Assembly: GCA_951406725.2 (NCBI GenBank)
Contig: OX597817.1
Span: forward strand, 28,148,001-28,212,000
Source of the DNA: Octopus vulgaris
Lineage: Eukaryota
DNA length: 64,000 nt
Direction of reading: 5' to 3'
The notes under the pieces were generated by a model. That model was not told the origin of the DNA. It saw nothing but the letters and a program-made list of their open reading frames with translations, and did no database searches. Made by a program: the position numbers and the translations under genes. The stretch's first letter is position 1; each line of letters begins with the position of its first letter. Below are positions 14,889 through 28,729 of the stretch, piece by piece.

Positions 14889-15135
14889 GTGGAGGTGCGT
14901 AGCTTAGTGGTAAGAGAGTTGGATTTATAGTCGTAAGGTTGTGGTTTCGATTCCTGGACCGGGCGACGCGTTGTATTCTTGAGTAAAACACTTCGTTTGA
15001 CATTGCTCCAGTCCACTCAGCAGGCAAAGATGAGTAACACTGCTATGGACCAGCGTCCCGTCGAGGTGAGAAATGTAGACGCCACAGAAACAGGAGAAAC
15101 CAGCCCTTATGAGTTTATGTGACACGGTAAGGAAC
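14889..15135 (+). mobile_element. tRNA-derived CORE-like SINE (family D)
   Basis: Head related to family C (GTGGTTTCGATTCC), then TTCTTGAGTAAAACAC...TTGCTCCAGTCCACTCAGC. Confidence 0.65.
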
Positions 15136-15719
15136 CTTACACTTTAATCATTAGTGTAATCAACCTTAAACGAATTATAGCTGACGTTTCGTTTCGATTC
15201 CACTTCTCGGCATCTTGGACAACTATCTTTCACCATAGCCACGAGTCAACCCAAACATTGCGAGTAACGTTGGGTTGATGGAAATTGTGCGGAAGCCCGT
15301 TAGCTAGATTGTGCGTGTAATTTAAAATGTCAGTATTATAATATTTCGTATCAGGTTAAGAGAACACGTATCTATGGAATACTCAGTCAGTTACACGCTA
15401 ATTCAGTCACGAGGTTCATCGAGCAGTTGGAAATTTGTGGACGTCAATTCCGACCGAGCTCCATTTATTGTTGTTAATTCTTCGAATATTTTGAAAATAG
15501 CTTCTTCATTAACCGATCGGGTATCCCAATATTGATTACTATTAAACCTTTTGAAGGACATCAATAACAATTTTAGGAAAACAGTAAATATCTATATGGT
15601 CTCCCGATCTGCTAGAAATTAATACCGTGCAGTCTTAGAAAGGAATACACTCGGTAACGTGGCTCTGGGATAACCACACATAGAACAAAGGCTGAATTGC
15701 CAGAGCTGGAATGCTTTTG

Positions 15720-16154
15720 GGATCTTTTCGGTTTGAACGGCAGATTTTTCTAGCGGTGTCATATGAAATTGTCACCCATAATTATGACCCTAGTATCGAT
15801 CTATTGCATTTCAATCTGTTTTAGGGTTATGGTTAGTTAGGGTTAATTAGGGGTGGGGGGAAGGGTATCTTTTTTTCTTCACAAATGTAAATAAACCCAA
15901 TCTGTTTCTTAAACGAGGGACATATTCATACGACACAGAATGTTTTTTTTTACCTCAATGGACGTCATCGATTGGTTGAAATTACAGAAATTGAAGAAAA
16001 GAAACAACAAATATCTTACAAACTATAGAATTTTTTCAATAAATCCAAGAGAAAAAGAGGTTTTATAAACACATTCTACCAGTATAGAAAGTTTAAAATT
16101 TTTTAGTTACCTAGAAATTATGTTAAAAACTGCCGTTCAAACCGAAAAAGATCC
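15720..16154. mobile_element. MITE, GGATC family, with internal TTAGGG-like tract
   Basis: TIRs GGATCTTTTCGGTTTGAACGGCAG / CTGCCGTTCAAACCGAAAAAGATCC. Flanks ATGCTTTTG / ATGTTTTTG form an 8-9 bp TSD with 1 mismatch. Confidence 0.85.
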
Positions 16155-16507
16155 ATGTTTTTGTTCATTGTTTTGCTCGATCAGGGCTGACCAATGGTTA
16201 AACAACGATATACATGTTGGTTTCAAGTTTTGGCACAAGGCCAGCAATTTTGAAGGAGAGGGTAAGTCGATTACATTCACTCCAGTGCTCAGCTGGTACT
16301 TATTTTTATCGACCCCGAAAAGATGAAAAGCAAAGTCGATCCCAGCGGCATTTGAACTCAAAACGTAACAGAAGTTATATTTTATACTGACACGATCTTA
16401 AACAAAGTGCTTTTTTTGGATAATGTAGATTGAGATATAGCTAAGGAAACTGTATGGTCATTGCTGAAAAGTTTTTGATCGTGGGTTTACTCTTTTTACT
16501 CTTTAAC

Positions 16508-16915
16508 TCTTTTATTTGTTTCAGACATTTGACTGTGGCCATGCTGGAGCACCGCCTCTAGTCGAGCAAATCGACCCCAGGATTTATTGTTTGTAAACCT
16601 AGTATTTATTCTATCAGTCACTTTTTTGCCGAACCGCCAAGTTACGGGGACGTAAACACAACACCATCGGTTGTCAAGTGATGTTGGGGGGGGGGGTGGC
16701 AAACATAGACACACAAACATATACATACACACATATATACATACATATATACGACGGGCTTCTTTCAGTTTCCCTCTACCAAATCCACTCACAAGGCTTT
16801 GGTCGGCCCGAGGATATAGTAGAAGACACTTGTCCAAGGTGCCACGCAGTGAGACTGAACCCATGACCATGTGGTTCGTAAGCAAGCTACTTACCACACA
16901 GCCACTCCTACGCCT
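16508..16915 (-). mobile_element. SINE family A
   Basis: Matches the family consensus. Confidence 0.9.
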
Positions 16916-17480
16916 TTTGTCCAACAAAAATTGACTTAGGGTTACATACCATTAACAACGACACTATGAGCATTACGTACTAAATTAGGAAATAATCGTG
17001 GCCATTCGATCTGCTAGAAATAGCAGGCAAACCTCCATCGACCAACAATTTACCGTCTCAAAACAACAACTAAAAATACATTGGATGATCTTGTTCGGAA
17101 TGTATTAACTGACGAAAACAAAAGACCTGGTGGTCATGGCTGGAATGTCTTTCTTCATAAATCTTTTATATACTTTTATGGCTTAGTCAGAGGATTGATT
17201 TTTACCTTTTGTCTCTGAGGGTTTAATAAAATAAGTTATAGTAATATACTGGAATCGATTCAGTCTATTATATAAACTTTGTTTTCCATCTCATACAAAT
17301 ATAAGCATGGTAAACTGTCACCGTCACTGAACCAAATTCTCCATAAGTTCTAAATTTCATTTCTACCTCTAAGTTCTCAATTTAAAACACACAATATCGG
17401 CTTCTTTTTTCCTTTCAGGTGGGTTACTATAATAATAAGCCATGACACTTTTTTTAAAACTATTTATGAGACAAGTTTAT

Positions 17481-17643
17481 AGGCGTAGGAGTGGCTGTGT
17501 GGTAAGTAGCTTGCTTACGAACCACATGGTCCTGGGTTCAGTCCCACTGCGTGGCACCTTGGGCAAGTGTCTTCTACTATAACCTCGGGCCGACCAAACC
17601 CTTTTGTGTGGATTTGGTAGACGGAAATTGAAAGAAGCCTGTC

Positions 17644-17697
<54 letters not shown>

Positions 17698-17907
17698 ACG
17701 TTTGTTTGTGTGTCTGTGTTTGTCCCCCAACATCGCTTGACAACCGATGCTGGTGTGTTTACGCCCCTGTAACTGAGCGGTTCGGCAAAAGAGACCGATA
17801 GAATAAGTACTAGGCTTACAAAGAATAAGTCCTGGGGTCGATTTGCTCGACTAAAGGCGGTGCTCCAGCATGGCCACACTCAAATGACTGAAACAAGTAA
17901 AAGAGTA
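17481..17907 (+). mobile_element. SINE family A
   Basis: Full-length match to the family consensus. Confidence 0.92.
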
Positions 17908-18384
17908 AGTAAGAGAAGGGATTACTCTCAGACCAGAGACTTGGATTGAATATGTGTAACAGACAGATGACTCCATCAAAAGCACCCACGGGGCAGTTGG
18001 TGGTGTTAAACTGAACTGCAAATTAAGTCAATCACCGGCTCGAATACAGCTGGATAAACAACTAAAAGAAACATTATGAATGTTACATACCGCGCCGAGC
18101 AAAATATTTTAGCGACATTTTGCCCGTCTTTACGTTATGAGTTCAAATTCCACTGAGGTCGACTTTGTCTTTCATCCTTTCGGAGTCGATAATATAAGTA
18201 CCAGTTGAGCACTGGGGTCGATGTAATCGACTTATCCCTTCCTTAGAATTGCTGACCTTGTGCCAAAATTTGAACCCACTATTATGAATATTACATCAAT
18301 CCACACCTTTATCCTTATAAATTGTTACCGCTGCCATTGTTTACTTATTCTTAAACTCGGGCATTGCCGCTACTGTTGCTGTTG

Positions 18385-18756
18385 AGCGAACAGTCTTCGT
18401 CCTAGAGCTCGCAAGATGGGAGAATTCCGAAACGTGGGTCTTTGCTATTCGTAAGACCCGCAGAAGAGGAAGCAGGTCAACCCCCGACACCGAGAGCATC
18501 GACGGATGGATGAATGCGCATCCAGGCTCAGCGGTTGCGTAGGAAGTCGGGGACGAGAAACAGGAAGAAAGAGTAAGAGAAAGTTGGAGCGAAAGAGTAC
18601 AACAGGGGTCGTCACCCCATCCCCTGCCGGAGCCTCGTGGAGCTTTAGGTGTTTTCACTCAATAAACACACACACAACGCCCGGTCTGGGAATCGAAACC
18701 GCGATCCTCCGACCGCGAGTCCGCTGCCCTAACCATCGGGCCATTGCGCCTCCACT
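18385..18756 (-). mobile_element. SINE family C variant with a different 3' half
   Basis: About 18557-18756 matches the family C 5' half. About 18385-18556 is unrelated GC-rich sequence running into CAG/CAA repeats. Confidence 0.75.
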
Positions 18757-19859
18757 GCCGCTGCTGTTGTTGTTGATATTGTTGCTTTAGTGCCTGCATT
18801 CCTGTTGCTACTATCGATACTGTTGTAAGTAGTTCCACACAATCGTAATTGTTAGATAAAATATTGAGTGCCAGCAGAATAAAAAATGTTTATTTTTTTG
18901 CATGAGTAGCGAAGAATAGTCTAAAGTATTGTAAAGCATTGAGTGGTTTCAGTGTTGTCAACCAAATATTCGTTATTGCTTCATGTCTGAAATGTATTCC
19001 AATTTTCCAATATTTCTGTAATTCCTTGTATATAATTTATGCTTGTTCTAGTTATGAAAGGACAGTCATGCCAGCTTGCAGTACAAAAAAAAATGTACTT
19101 GTCGTTAGCAGTCAAGTTCTCATTTAACGATCTAAAAGTACAGAATTACAAGAACAAAAGAATTATTCTGAGAAGCTTGCAGGAAACATCGATAGACAGG
19201 AGGGTAGATTGTCGGCAAATGGAAACTGTAACATTCTTTTAATTCTTAGTGAAGATATAATAGCCTTAGAAAAGGCCTGTGACATCCTATCGATTGGACA
19301 AGTTTTTAAGTAATAATAGATCTTGTTTGTCACACGTCAGCTTTGATGGAGTAATTATATATTCAAACGTATTGACTTTGCCTTTCATCCTTTCGGGGTC
19401 GATAAATAAAGTACCAGTTTCGCACTGGGGTCGATGTAATCGACTTAATCCCTTTGTCTATCCTTGTTTGTCCCCTCTATGTTTAGCTCATTGTGGGTAG
19501 TAAAGAAATATATATATTCAAAGGTATTCAAATCATGTGACTAATCCATGTTTTTAGGCAGTACCTATAGGTCTTGTGGGCTGAGGGAGATTTTGCTGCT
19601 ATTTGTTACACATAGTGGTTACATCAGTGGCTCATGTTAGCATAGTTTCAATTATGAGTAAATCTCCAGGTAAATTCATTTATCAACCTGGTTTGTTATT
19701 GCCTGTATACACTATTCCGCACTCCTTGAGTTATTCATTCAATATTTCGATTCCTTGACATAATGTATTAGCTAGGAAAATCTATAGTGTCAAATGTACG
19801 AATCAAGGTTTTAAAATTGATTTTCATATGCATATTTCAATATTTCAAGGAAGATATAA

Positions 19860-20075
19860 GACGGCGAACAGGCAGAATCGTTAGTTCGCCGGGCAAAATG
19901 CTTAGCAGTATTTCGTCTGCTTTTACGTTCCGAGTTCAAATTCCGGTGGTATCGACTTAGCCTTTCATCCTTTCGAAGTCGTTTAAATAAGTACCAGTTG
20001 ATCACTGGGGTCGATGTAATCTACTTACCCCTCCCCTAAAATTATTGGCCTTGTACCAAAATTTGAAACCAATAT
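19860..20075 (+). mobile_element. SINE family B
   Basis: Head, central CCTTTCATCCTTTCG domain and tail variant 2. Confidence 0.8.
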
Positions 20076-21109
20076 TTCTAGGAAGATTTTCATTGTGGCT
20101 TAACTCCGGGTCAATTCTGATAGTGCAAAACAATGACCTTGCAGTTTTTGAGGGAAGTATTAAGGATTACAATACCTGATTTTTGGCCTTTTACCATTTT
20201 TACAAGTTATAATTCATGAGAAATTTCGCTGTAATTTCTTGCAGCAAGGTGAACCACATAGAGGTTCTTTTGTTGATTTGATATTTCAAGGGCTATGTAA
20301 CATTCTTGCTATGTTCAACGGCATTAGCGATAAGAAATACATAGAATACTTGAAATGTTATAAATCAGGTTTCTTTGTTCTGTATAAGAAAGAACAGGTT
20401 TAAAAATTGATTGAAATATGTAGAGATGTAGAGAGTAGAGAAAGAAACGGTGATAAACAGGGTCTGTCAGCCATGTTTTAAAAACTCAGTCATCGGGAAA
20501 ATGATAGAACCCTAGACCTTTCTCAGTACCATCATTGAGATTTGTAGAAGAGAAGGAGGAAGTTACCTTTAGACTTCCCGAATGCTCGCAACCAAGTAGA
20601 ATCAACTGAAAGCCTGTAAAAGTCAGACTGTGCTATTAACCCACTCAGACTTGGGCCCCTGTGTCTAACTTTACCCCCACCCGGGCTCCTGAGCTAAAAA
20701 GTAACGAGTTCTATATACCGCTCAAGAATAACGATTGCGGGCAAAACCAAAGACAGAATTGGTTGCATCGACTTTTACTACGTCTGTTGTTCATTACCGC
20801 TTTAACCTATTCGTGCTATAGCGGTAACACGGCGTGACAGGGTTAAGCCAGGTGACTGCTTCCAAACAGTTCATATCTACCAAATTTCAGGGAGAAAGCT
20901 TTGGTTGATCCGAAATTATAATAGAAAACATTGTTTTGTGGAATCGAACCCAAGATAACTTAATCACAGAGGTTTAACTGTAACTAAATTAGACAGTAAA
21001 AATATAAGAAAGAAAGAATGGTACGATGCAGAAGATGTATAAGTCTAAAAAGTGAAAAGAGAATGTGATTGGTACGATGAGAGAAAAAAAAATGAAAGAG
21101 GAATAAATT

Positions 21110-21908
21110 TGGCTTCAAATTTTGGCACAAGGCCAGCAATTTCGGGATAAGATGTAAGTCGATTACATCAACCCCAGCGCTCAACTGATACTTATTTTAT
21201 CGACCCCGAAAGGATAAAAAGCAGAGTTGACTTCGGCGGAATTTGAAATCAGAATGTAAAGCCGCTAAGAATTTAACACACTCTGCCCGCACGAAGAGAT
21301 ATTGGTTTCAGATTTTTGGCAAGTTTGAGGGTTGGGGTATGTCGATTGCATTATGTTCAACTGTTACTAATTTTATCGACCCCAAAAGGTTGAAAGGCAA
21401 AGTCGACCGCGACGGAATTTGAGCCGAGAACGTAAAGAAGGACGGAATTCCGCTAAGAACTTTTGCCTAGCGTGCTAACAATTCCTATTTCTTTATTACC
21501 CACAAGGGGCTAAACATAGAGGGGACAAACAAGGACAGACAAAGGGATTAAGTCGATTACATCGATCCCAGTACTTGACTGGTACTTAATCTATCGACTC
21601 CGAAAGGATGAAAGGCAAAGTCGACCTCGGCGGAACTTGAACTCAGAACGTAGCGGCAGACGAAATACCTATTTCTATTTCTTTATTACCCACAAGGGGC
21701 TAAACATAGAGGAGACAAACATGGACAGACATAGGTATTAAGTCGATTACATCGACCCCAGTGCTTAACTGGTACTTAATTTATCGACCCCGAAAGGATG
21801 AAAGGCAAAGTCGACCTCGGCGGAATTTGAACTCACAACGTAGCGGCAGACGAAATACCGCTAAGCATTTCGCCCGGCGTGCTAACGTTTCTACCAGCGC
21901 GCCGCCTT
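21110..21908 (-). mobile_element. Cluster/multimer of SINE family B copies
   Basis: Four copies of the GTCGAC..CGGAA.TTGA body; the inner junction is GAAATACC|TATTTCT. Confidence 0.85.
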
Positions 21909-22259
21909 ACTAGAGGAACATATATTGGAAAATCTAGTTGATGGGAAAATATCGAGGGAGAGAGGGGGAATAGGGGAGAAAGAGAACAAGAGAGAAGGAG
22001 AGAGAGAGAGAAAAAGTGAAGTGAGAGAAGGTAATACGATAAAGATGCATCGTTTCCTTCTTTTTTATTGGTTTACGTCATTGAATTGTGGTGATGCTGG
22101 GGCACCACTTCGAGGAATTAATCACTCACATTCAACCTCAGTAATATCTTTCGATTTGGTGTTTAGATTTTATTGTGTTCTATTGTCAAATTGTTAGGTT
22201 ACGGGACATCGAGTGACACAGATACATATATATCGTAATGGCATGCAAACACGCACACA

Positions 22260-22307
<48 letters not shown>

Positions 22308-22524
22308 TACGTACGCACACACACGCGCATACACATGCACACAGACGCGACAGGTTTCGTACAGTTTCCATCTAACAAATTCCACTCACAAATTGGTCGA
22401 GACACTTGGCCTAAAGTATTGTGCAGAGGAACTAATTCGGCACCATGGTATCTATTGAGCATACACACACACACAAACACACACACACACACACACAATA
22501 CAGAGACATACTCACATATATCTC

Positions 22525-22883
22525 TCTTTACTTGTTTCAGTCATTTGACTGCGGCCATGCTGGAGCACCGCCTTTAATCGAGCAAATCGACCACGGGACT
22601 TATTCTTTGTAAGCCCAGTACTTATTCTATCGGTCCCTTTTGCCGAACCGCTAAGTGACGGGGACGTAAACACACCAGCATCGGTTGTCAAGCAATGCTA
22701 GGGGGACATTCACAGACACGCAAACATATACACACACACACACATATATATATATACGACGGGCTTCTTTCAGTTTCCGTCTACCAAATCCACTCACAAG
22801 GCATTGGTCGGCCTGGGGCTATAGCAGAAGACACTTGCCCAAGATGCCACGCAGTGGAACTGAACCCGGAACCATGTGGTTGG
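22525..22883 (-). mobile_element. SINE family A (head truncated by (TA)n)
   Basis: Matches the family consensus. Confidence 0.88.
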
Positions 22884-23000
22884 TATATATATATATATAC
22901 ACACACTAGTCCTCTAAATCGCATGTGAAATTACAGTCCCATTCTCTTCTTCATTTTTTTGCCTGCTTTCTCTCTTCCTACACTCACACACGCACAAACA

Positions 23001-23036
<36 letters not shown>

Positions 23037-23728
23037 GCACACATACACACACTCACACACACACACACACACACACTCGTGCATAGAGAGGGAAAAGTTA
23101 GGATAAAAACAAGGACGGAAAGACAGAAGGAACGAGTATTGACGAACATGGTTGATAAACAGAATAAAAAGAGGAAGAATTTAGAAACGGAGACGGGAGG
23201 AAAAGAGAGCAAAAGTGTGAATTTAACAAATAGTATAGAAGTGGGAATGCAAAAGGAATATAAAAAAGGTGAGGTAGATAGATAAGAATCAGAAGAATAA
23301 TAATGGGAAAATTATAAAAGGTCGGAAGAGAAAAAAATGAGGTTTATAAAGTACAAGATAAAGATATATAGTATGGTATACAAAACATGATATAAAGAGA
23401 GTGATGTGTAGCGATATACGTGTTATAGAAACTGTTTTTCTATTATAATTCTCTTTTCTGCTTTTATACGCATCAACTTTAGTACCTGATTGGTGGTCAT
23501 TTATTTAATAGACGCCCCGGAAGGATTAAAAGTAAAGTTTGATTTCGTGGCATTTGGATATAGAACGTAATCGGACTTGATTGAATAAATACTACGAGAA
23601 TTTTGTTCGACGCTTTAATAATTCCAGTTGGGAAAATGTGATGTAAAAGTATGTGGTATATATACAGACTTATTTGAAGTCTGTCTCGCAGGCACCCAGA
23701 TGTGTATGTATGCGCGCACGCACACAAA

Positions 23729-23770
<42 letters not shown>

Positions 23771-24264
23771 GACACACACACACATACAAGCACCCACACA
23801 AACACACACATACTCAAGCACACACATACACACCTACACATATAGATATGTAGATAATGTGTGTGTGTATGTATATCATATACATATATTGAAAGAGAGC
23901 AGGAGAGATATAGAAAGAGGGTAACAAGGGCCGATTTATTCAACTAAATATTTTTCTAGTTGTTTCAGCTAATTGATTGAGGCCATGCTGGGGCACTGAC
24001 TTGAAGAATTTTTAGTCGAATGAATCAACTCCAGTACCTTTTTTATTTTATTTCATTTTATTTTATTTTATTTTATTTATTCTTTTTTTTTTTTGTTAAA
24101 GTCTGGTATGTATTCTCATTGGCTTCACTTGCGGAACGGTTAAGTCATTAAGACGTCAAGCGGTGATGAGGGACAAGCAGACACACACACATACACACAA
24201 ACACACACACACACACACCCACGCGCGCACACACACATATATATATATTCTGTACTTTTTACTC

Positions 24265-24328
24265 TTTTTTGCCGAACCGCTAAGTTATGGGGACGTAAAC
24301 ACACCAGCAAGCGATGTTGGGGGGATAA

Positions 24329-24371
<43 letters not shown>

Positions 24372-24542
24372 CATATATGTGACAGGCTTCTTTCAGTTTC
24401 CGTCTACCAAATCCACTCACAAGGCTTTGGTCGGCCCGAGGCTATAGTAGAAGACACTTGCCCAAGGTGCCACGCAGTGGGACTGAACAGGGAACCATGT
24501 GGTTCGTAAGCAAGCTACTTACCACACAGCCACTCCTACGCT
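24265..24542 (-). mobile_element. SINE family A (partial), followed by a decayed copy to about 24760
   Basis: Matches the family consensus. Confidence 0.8.
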
Positions 24543-24774
24543 TATACACACATATATGTATGTGTGTATGTGTGTGTATGTATGTATGTATGTATGTATG
24601 TATGTGACAGGCTTCGTTCAGTTTCTGTGTACAAATCCACTCAAAAGGCTTTCGTCGGCCTGAGGGTACAGTAAAAGACACATTCCTAACGCAGTAGGAC
24701 CGAACCCAGAACCATGTGCTTTAGAGGCAAACTTTTTACCACACAGTCACGCCTCGGCTCATATACACCTTTAG

Positions 24775-24990
24775 GAGAGCGATGAGCTGGCAGAATCGTT
24801 AGCACGCCGGGCGAAATGCTTAGTGATATTTCGTCTGCCGTTACGTTCTGAGTTCAAATTCCGCCGAGGTCGACTTTGCCTTTCATTCTTTCGGGGTCGC
24901 GGTTACGCACTGGGGTCGATGTAATCGACTTAATTTCTTTGTCCTTGTTTGTCTCGTCTATGTTTAGCCCCCTGTGGGCAATAAAGAAAT
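24775..24990 (+). mobile_element. SINE family B (LINE-type tail)
   Basis: Head plus tail TTTAGCCCCCTGTGGGCAATAAAGAAAT. Confidence 0.85.
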
Positions 24991-25387
24991 ATATATATAT
25001 AAAGCTTTAGGGTTTGAAGAAACGTTGTAAATCTAAGCGCCCTGTGAACGTGAAACCTAGGATAACCTCATAGACCGGCCATATCAATCTTTATCTATCT
25101 AATCTACTACCCTATAACATAGAATGTGCTTCTTTTTCGGATATCTGGTCTACCGACGATGTGTGTGTGTGCGCGCGTGGATACGCTCACACTATACAGA
25201 GAGTGAGAGAAGTGTAAAGTGTTAATGTACAGAAATTCAGATAATAGAACATCAGAATCGGAGGAGCGCCAGATTAAGAGAAAAAAATAATAATAACTTG
25301 GAGATTTGGTCGCGTCTCTTGAGGAATTTGGGGTTCAAATGCTAGACAACTTTGCTTTTCGTCTCTCAGAGGGCCGTGAAATATATA

Positions 25388-25620
25388 TATTTCTTTATTG
25401 CCCACAAGGAGCTAAACACAGCAGGGGACAAACAAAGACAGACAAAGAGATTAAGTCGATTACATCGACCCCAGTGCGTAACAGGTACTTATTTAATCAA
25501 CCCCGAAAGGATGAAAGGCAAAGTCGACCTCGGCTGAATTTGAACTCAGAACGCAGCGCCAGACGAAATACTGCTAAGCATTTCGCCCGGCACGCTAACG
25601 TTTCTGCTAGCTCACCGCCT
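25388..25620 (-). mobile_element. SINE family B
   Basis: Matches the family consensus. Confidence 0.85.
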
Positions 25621-26042
25621 AGTGGACACGGTATTGTTAGGGAATAAAGTCTGCTAAAGTTCCTCGAACGCTGTTGTTATAACTGCTAAGAGCACCTCTA
25701 GGATTACTGGTACCCAGGTAACCTGAAAATATATAGTTTTTCGCAAACCTAGAAACAAAAACTTTTAAAAGTTATTATTTCACTTCCTTTAATATACGAA
25801 TAAGCAGCGTTTATTTAATTTTTTAGTTGGATCTGTTTGTTTGTTTGCTTTTTCTTGTTATTTCGAAGATCCTCAGCAAGGCATGTGGTACCCCTAAGCA
25901 TATAACACCTTGGGGGTCTACTCGAACGACCGGAACCTTTAACCGGCCCTGGTTATTGATACGTAACACCAGGTTAACGCTTTTCAAGCAGACTTATAAT
26001 AGAAGGCCTCGAATCGTAATCAACTCGAGAATATATCTCTCT

Positions 26043-26110
<68 letters not shown>

Positions 26111-26166
26111 CTATCTATGTGTGTATGTTAATGCTAGTGCTTGCATGTGTGTGTCTGTGTAAGACA

Positions 26167-26210
<44 letters not shown>

Positions 26211-26605
26211 ACCACATTGTCCTATGTATAGTTAAGACTGTAGAGTGTCATGAAATTTGAAAACGACGTGGTCATTAGTTTTACGAGATTGAGAAACCAT
26301 GTAGAAGTCCCGTAGGGTGGGTAACCCTTGAGGGCGGCGCCCCATCATGGCAGTAAAAAAATTTAAAGTAAAATAAAATAAAAACTTCAAGAAGTAGAAG
26401 GATGATAGAAAGAGAAAGTAAAGATACATGAAAGTGTAAACACACATACACACACACACACACACGTGCACACACAATATATGTATATATACTGCACATA
26501 TGTACACACTGTAGGATAAGGCGATAGAGAGAAAATAAACTACCCACGAATACATATATTTATACATAAACGCATGCGCGCACGCAGCCTTACACATGCA
26601 TGCTA

Positions 26606-26684
<79 letters not shown>

Positions 26685-26817
26685 CATAGATAGATACATA
26701 GATAGACAGATATATAGATGTATATATAGATATATATACATATGTACACACACACACACACACATATATACGCATATGCGTGTGCGTGCGCGTATATTTA
26801 TCCATGCATGCCATTAA

Positions 26818-26965
26818 TCAGTTTTATTGCAAGATTTCTGGCCAATAAAGAACCGGTTTCTAACCTAGATCCAAGCTCCTTCATTGGAATTTCAATATCA
26901 GCAACAGGATATTTTTGTTTGTATCTATGTATGTATGTATGTTTTGTTTTGTTCTATGTATATAT
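26818..26965 (-). mobile_element. 3' UTR fragment of a non-LTR retroelement (same family as 56300-56605)
   Basis: The reverse complement matches 56460-56600 (TTCCAATGA..GAGC.TTGGATCTAGGTTAGAAACC). Confidence 0.65.
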
Positions 26966-27183
26966 GCATGTATGTGAGTGAGTGTGTATGTATGTATTTA
27001 AAAAGAAACATTTGTCTATATCAGACAATGCTTCATGCAAACTATAGAGACAGACAGACAGATAGACGGATAGACAGACGGATAGATAGACAGACAGAGG
27101 GATAGATGGATAGACAGATAGATTTACACACAGTCGCAAACATATACTCACAGAGTTACATACTCACAAATATATATATACAT

Positions 27184-27239
<56 letters not shown>

Positions 27240-27295
27240 TCACACACACACAAGCACACATGTACTCACAAAGTTACATACTCACAAATATATAT

Positions 27296-27348
<53 letters not shown>

Positions 27349-27427
27349 CCCACACACACACAAGCAAACATATACTCACAAAGTACTCACAAATATATAT
27401 ATATATACATATATATATATGCACACA

Positions 27428-27461
<34 letters not shown>

Positions 27462-27474
27462 TATATATCTATAC

Positions 27475-27509
<35 letters not shown>

Positions 27510-27652
27510 GATATATGTTATGCACGCACACAAACACACACACACACACACCCTGGTAAACTGCTTTGACTTTCAGAGGATAAAACAACAGGAAGAACAA
27601 TAAAATGACCAAAGAGGTTTGATTAGCCGAGCTAACCAGGTTCAATATTGAT

Positions 27653-27865
27653 TAGCCGCCGCCACCGTCTCTGCTACCGCTGCTACTACTACTACTATTA
27701 CTACTACTACTACGGCTGCTGCTGCTTCTTCTCTTATTGGTCACTATTACATCTTCTACTACTGTTGCTGCTGCTGCTGCTGCTGCTACTGCTGCACCTG
27801 CCTCTACTACTGCTGCTGCTGCATCGATCTCGATTAGGGCCGTCACTGCCGTCGCTGCTGACTAC
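27653..27865. repeat. Degenerate (CTA)n/(CTG)n/(CCG)n trinucleotide array
   Basis: Seen directly. Confidence 0.85.
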
Positions 27866-28067
27866 TCTTGTACACTGTCAGGTGGTTTTCCTTGTGGTTT
27901 CTCTGTACGGTTATACGCAATAATTTTTAGAAAAATATATGTCAGCATATACGTATGTGGACAGGCGGACCTACAGACACACGCACACAAAAACATAGGG
28001 ACTTACATTCAGACGTAGCTACATATATGTGTGTGTGTGTGTATAGACATATACTATTTTACTATTT

Positions 28068-28261
28068 TACTTCTTTCAGTCATTTGACTGCGGCCATGCT
28101 GGAGCACCGCCTTCACTCGAGCAAATCGACCCCCGGACTTAATCTTTGTATGCCCAGTACTTATTCTATCGGTCTCTTTTGCCGAACCGCTAAGTGACGG
28201 GGACGTAAACACACCAGCATCTGTTGTCAAGCAATGCTAGGGGGACAAACACATACATACT

Positions 28262-28308
<47 letters not shown>

Positions 28309-28471
28309 GACGGGCTTCTTTCAGTTTCTGTCTACCAAATCCACTCACAAGGCTTTGGTCGGCCCGAGGCTATAGTAGAAGACACTTGCCCAAGGTGCCA
28401 CGCAGTGGGACTGAACCCGGTACCATGTGGCTGGTAAGCAAGCTACTTACCACACAGCCACTCCTGCGCCT
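28068..28471 (-). mobile_element. SINE family A
   Basis: Full-length match. Confidence 0.92.
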
Positions 28472-28539
28472 ATATATATATATATATATAGATAGATATA
28501 GATGTATACACACACATATATATGTATATGTATATATAA

Positions 28540-28702
28540 AGTTAATCCAAACAAGAAAACACAAAAAAACACAACAACGCGAGGACGTGGAACAAATATA
28601 GTATTATCGGACGCTCAGGAAAGGAGGGCATAACGTTTCGAGCGGAGCTCTTCGTCGGAAACATAGAAGGAAAGATCCAGAGAAGGGAAGACAGAGGAAA
28701 AG
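28540..28702 (-). mobile_element. Penelope-like repeat family E with hammerhead motif at 28628-28662
   Basis: Minus strand GTTT-CCGACGA-A-GAGC-TCC-GCTC-GAAAC-GTT; (TA)-rich on both sides. Confidence 0.65.
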
Positions 28703-28729
28703 TATATATATATATATACTCGTTTAGTC

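Noticed and set aside
15821-15853. Interstitial telomere
   Set aside because: Only three to four degenerate TTAGGG units, internal to a MITE.
20636-20846. piggyBac-like MITE (TTAA-CCC...GGG-TTAA)
   Set aside because: Inverted similarity barely extends beyond the terminal CCC/GGG.
25645-25975. Possible exons near 25722 (minus acceptor) and 25869 (plus acceptor)
   Set aside because: Short frames with no recognisable homology and no good matching donor.
27648-28018. Poly-Ala/Thr/Leu ORFs
   Set aside because: Degenerate trinucleotide repeat open in several frames on both strands, with no clear splice support.
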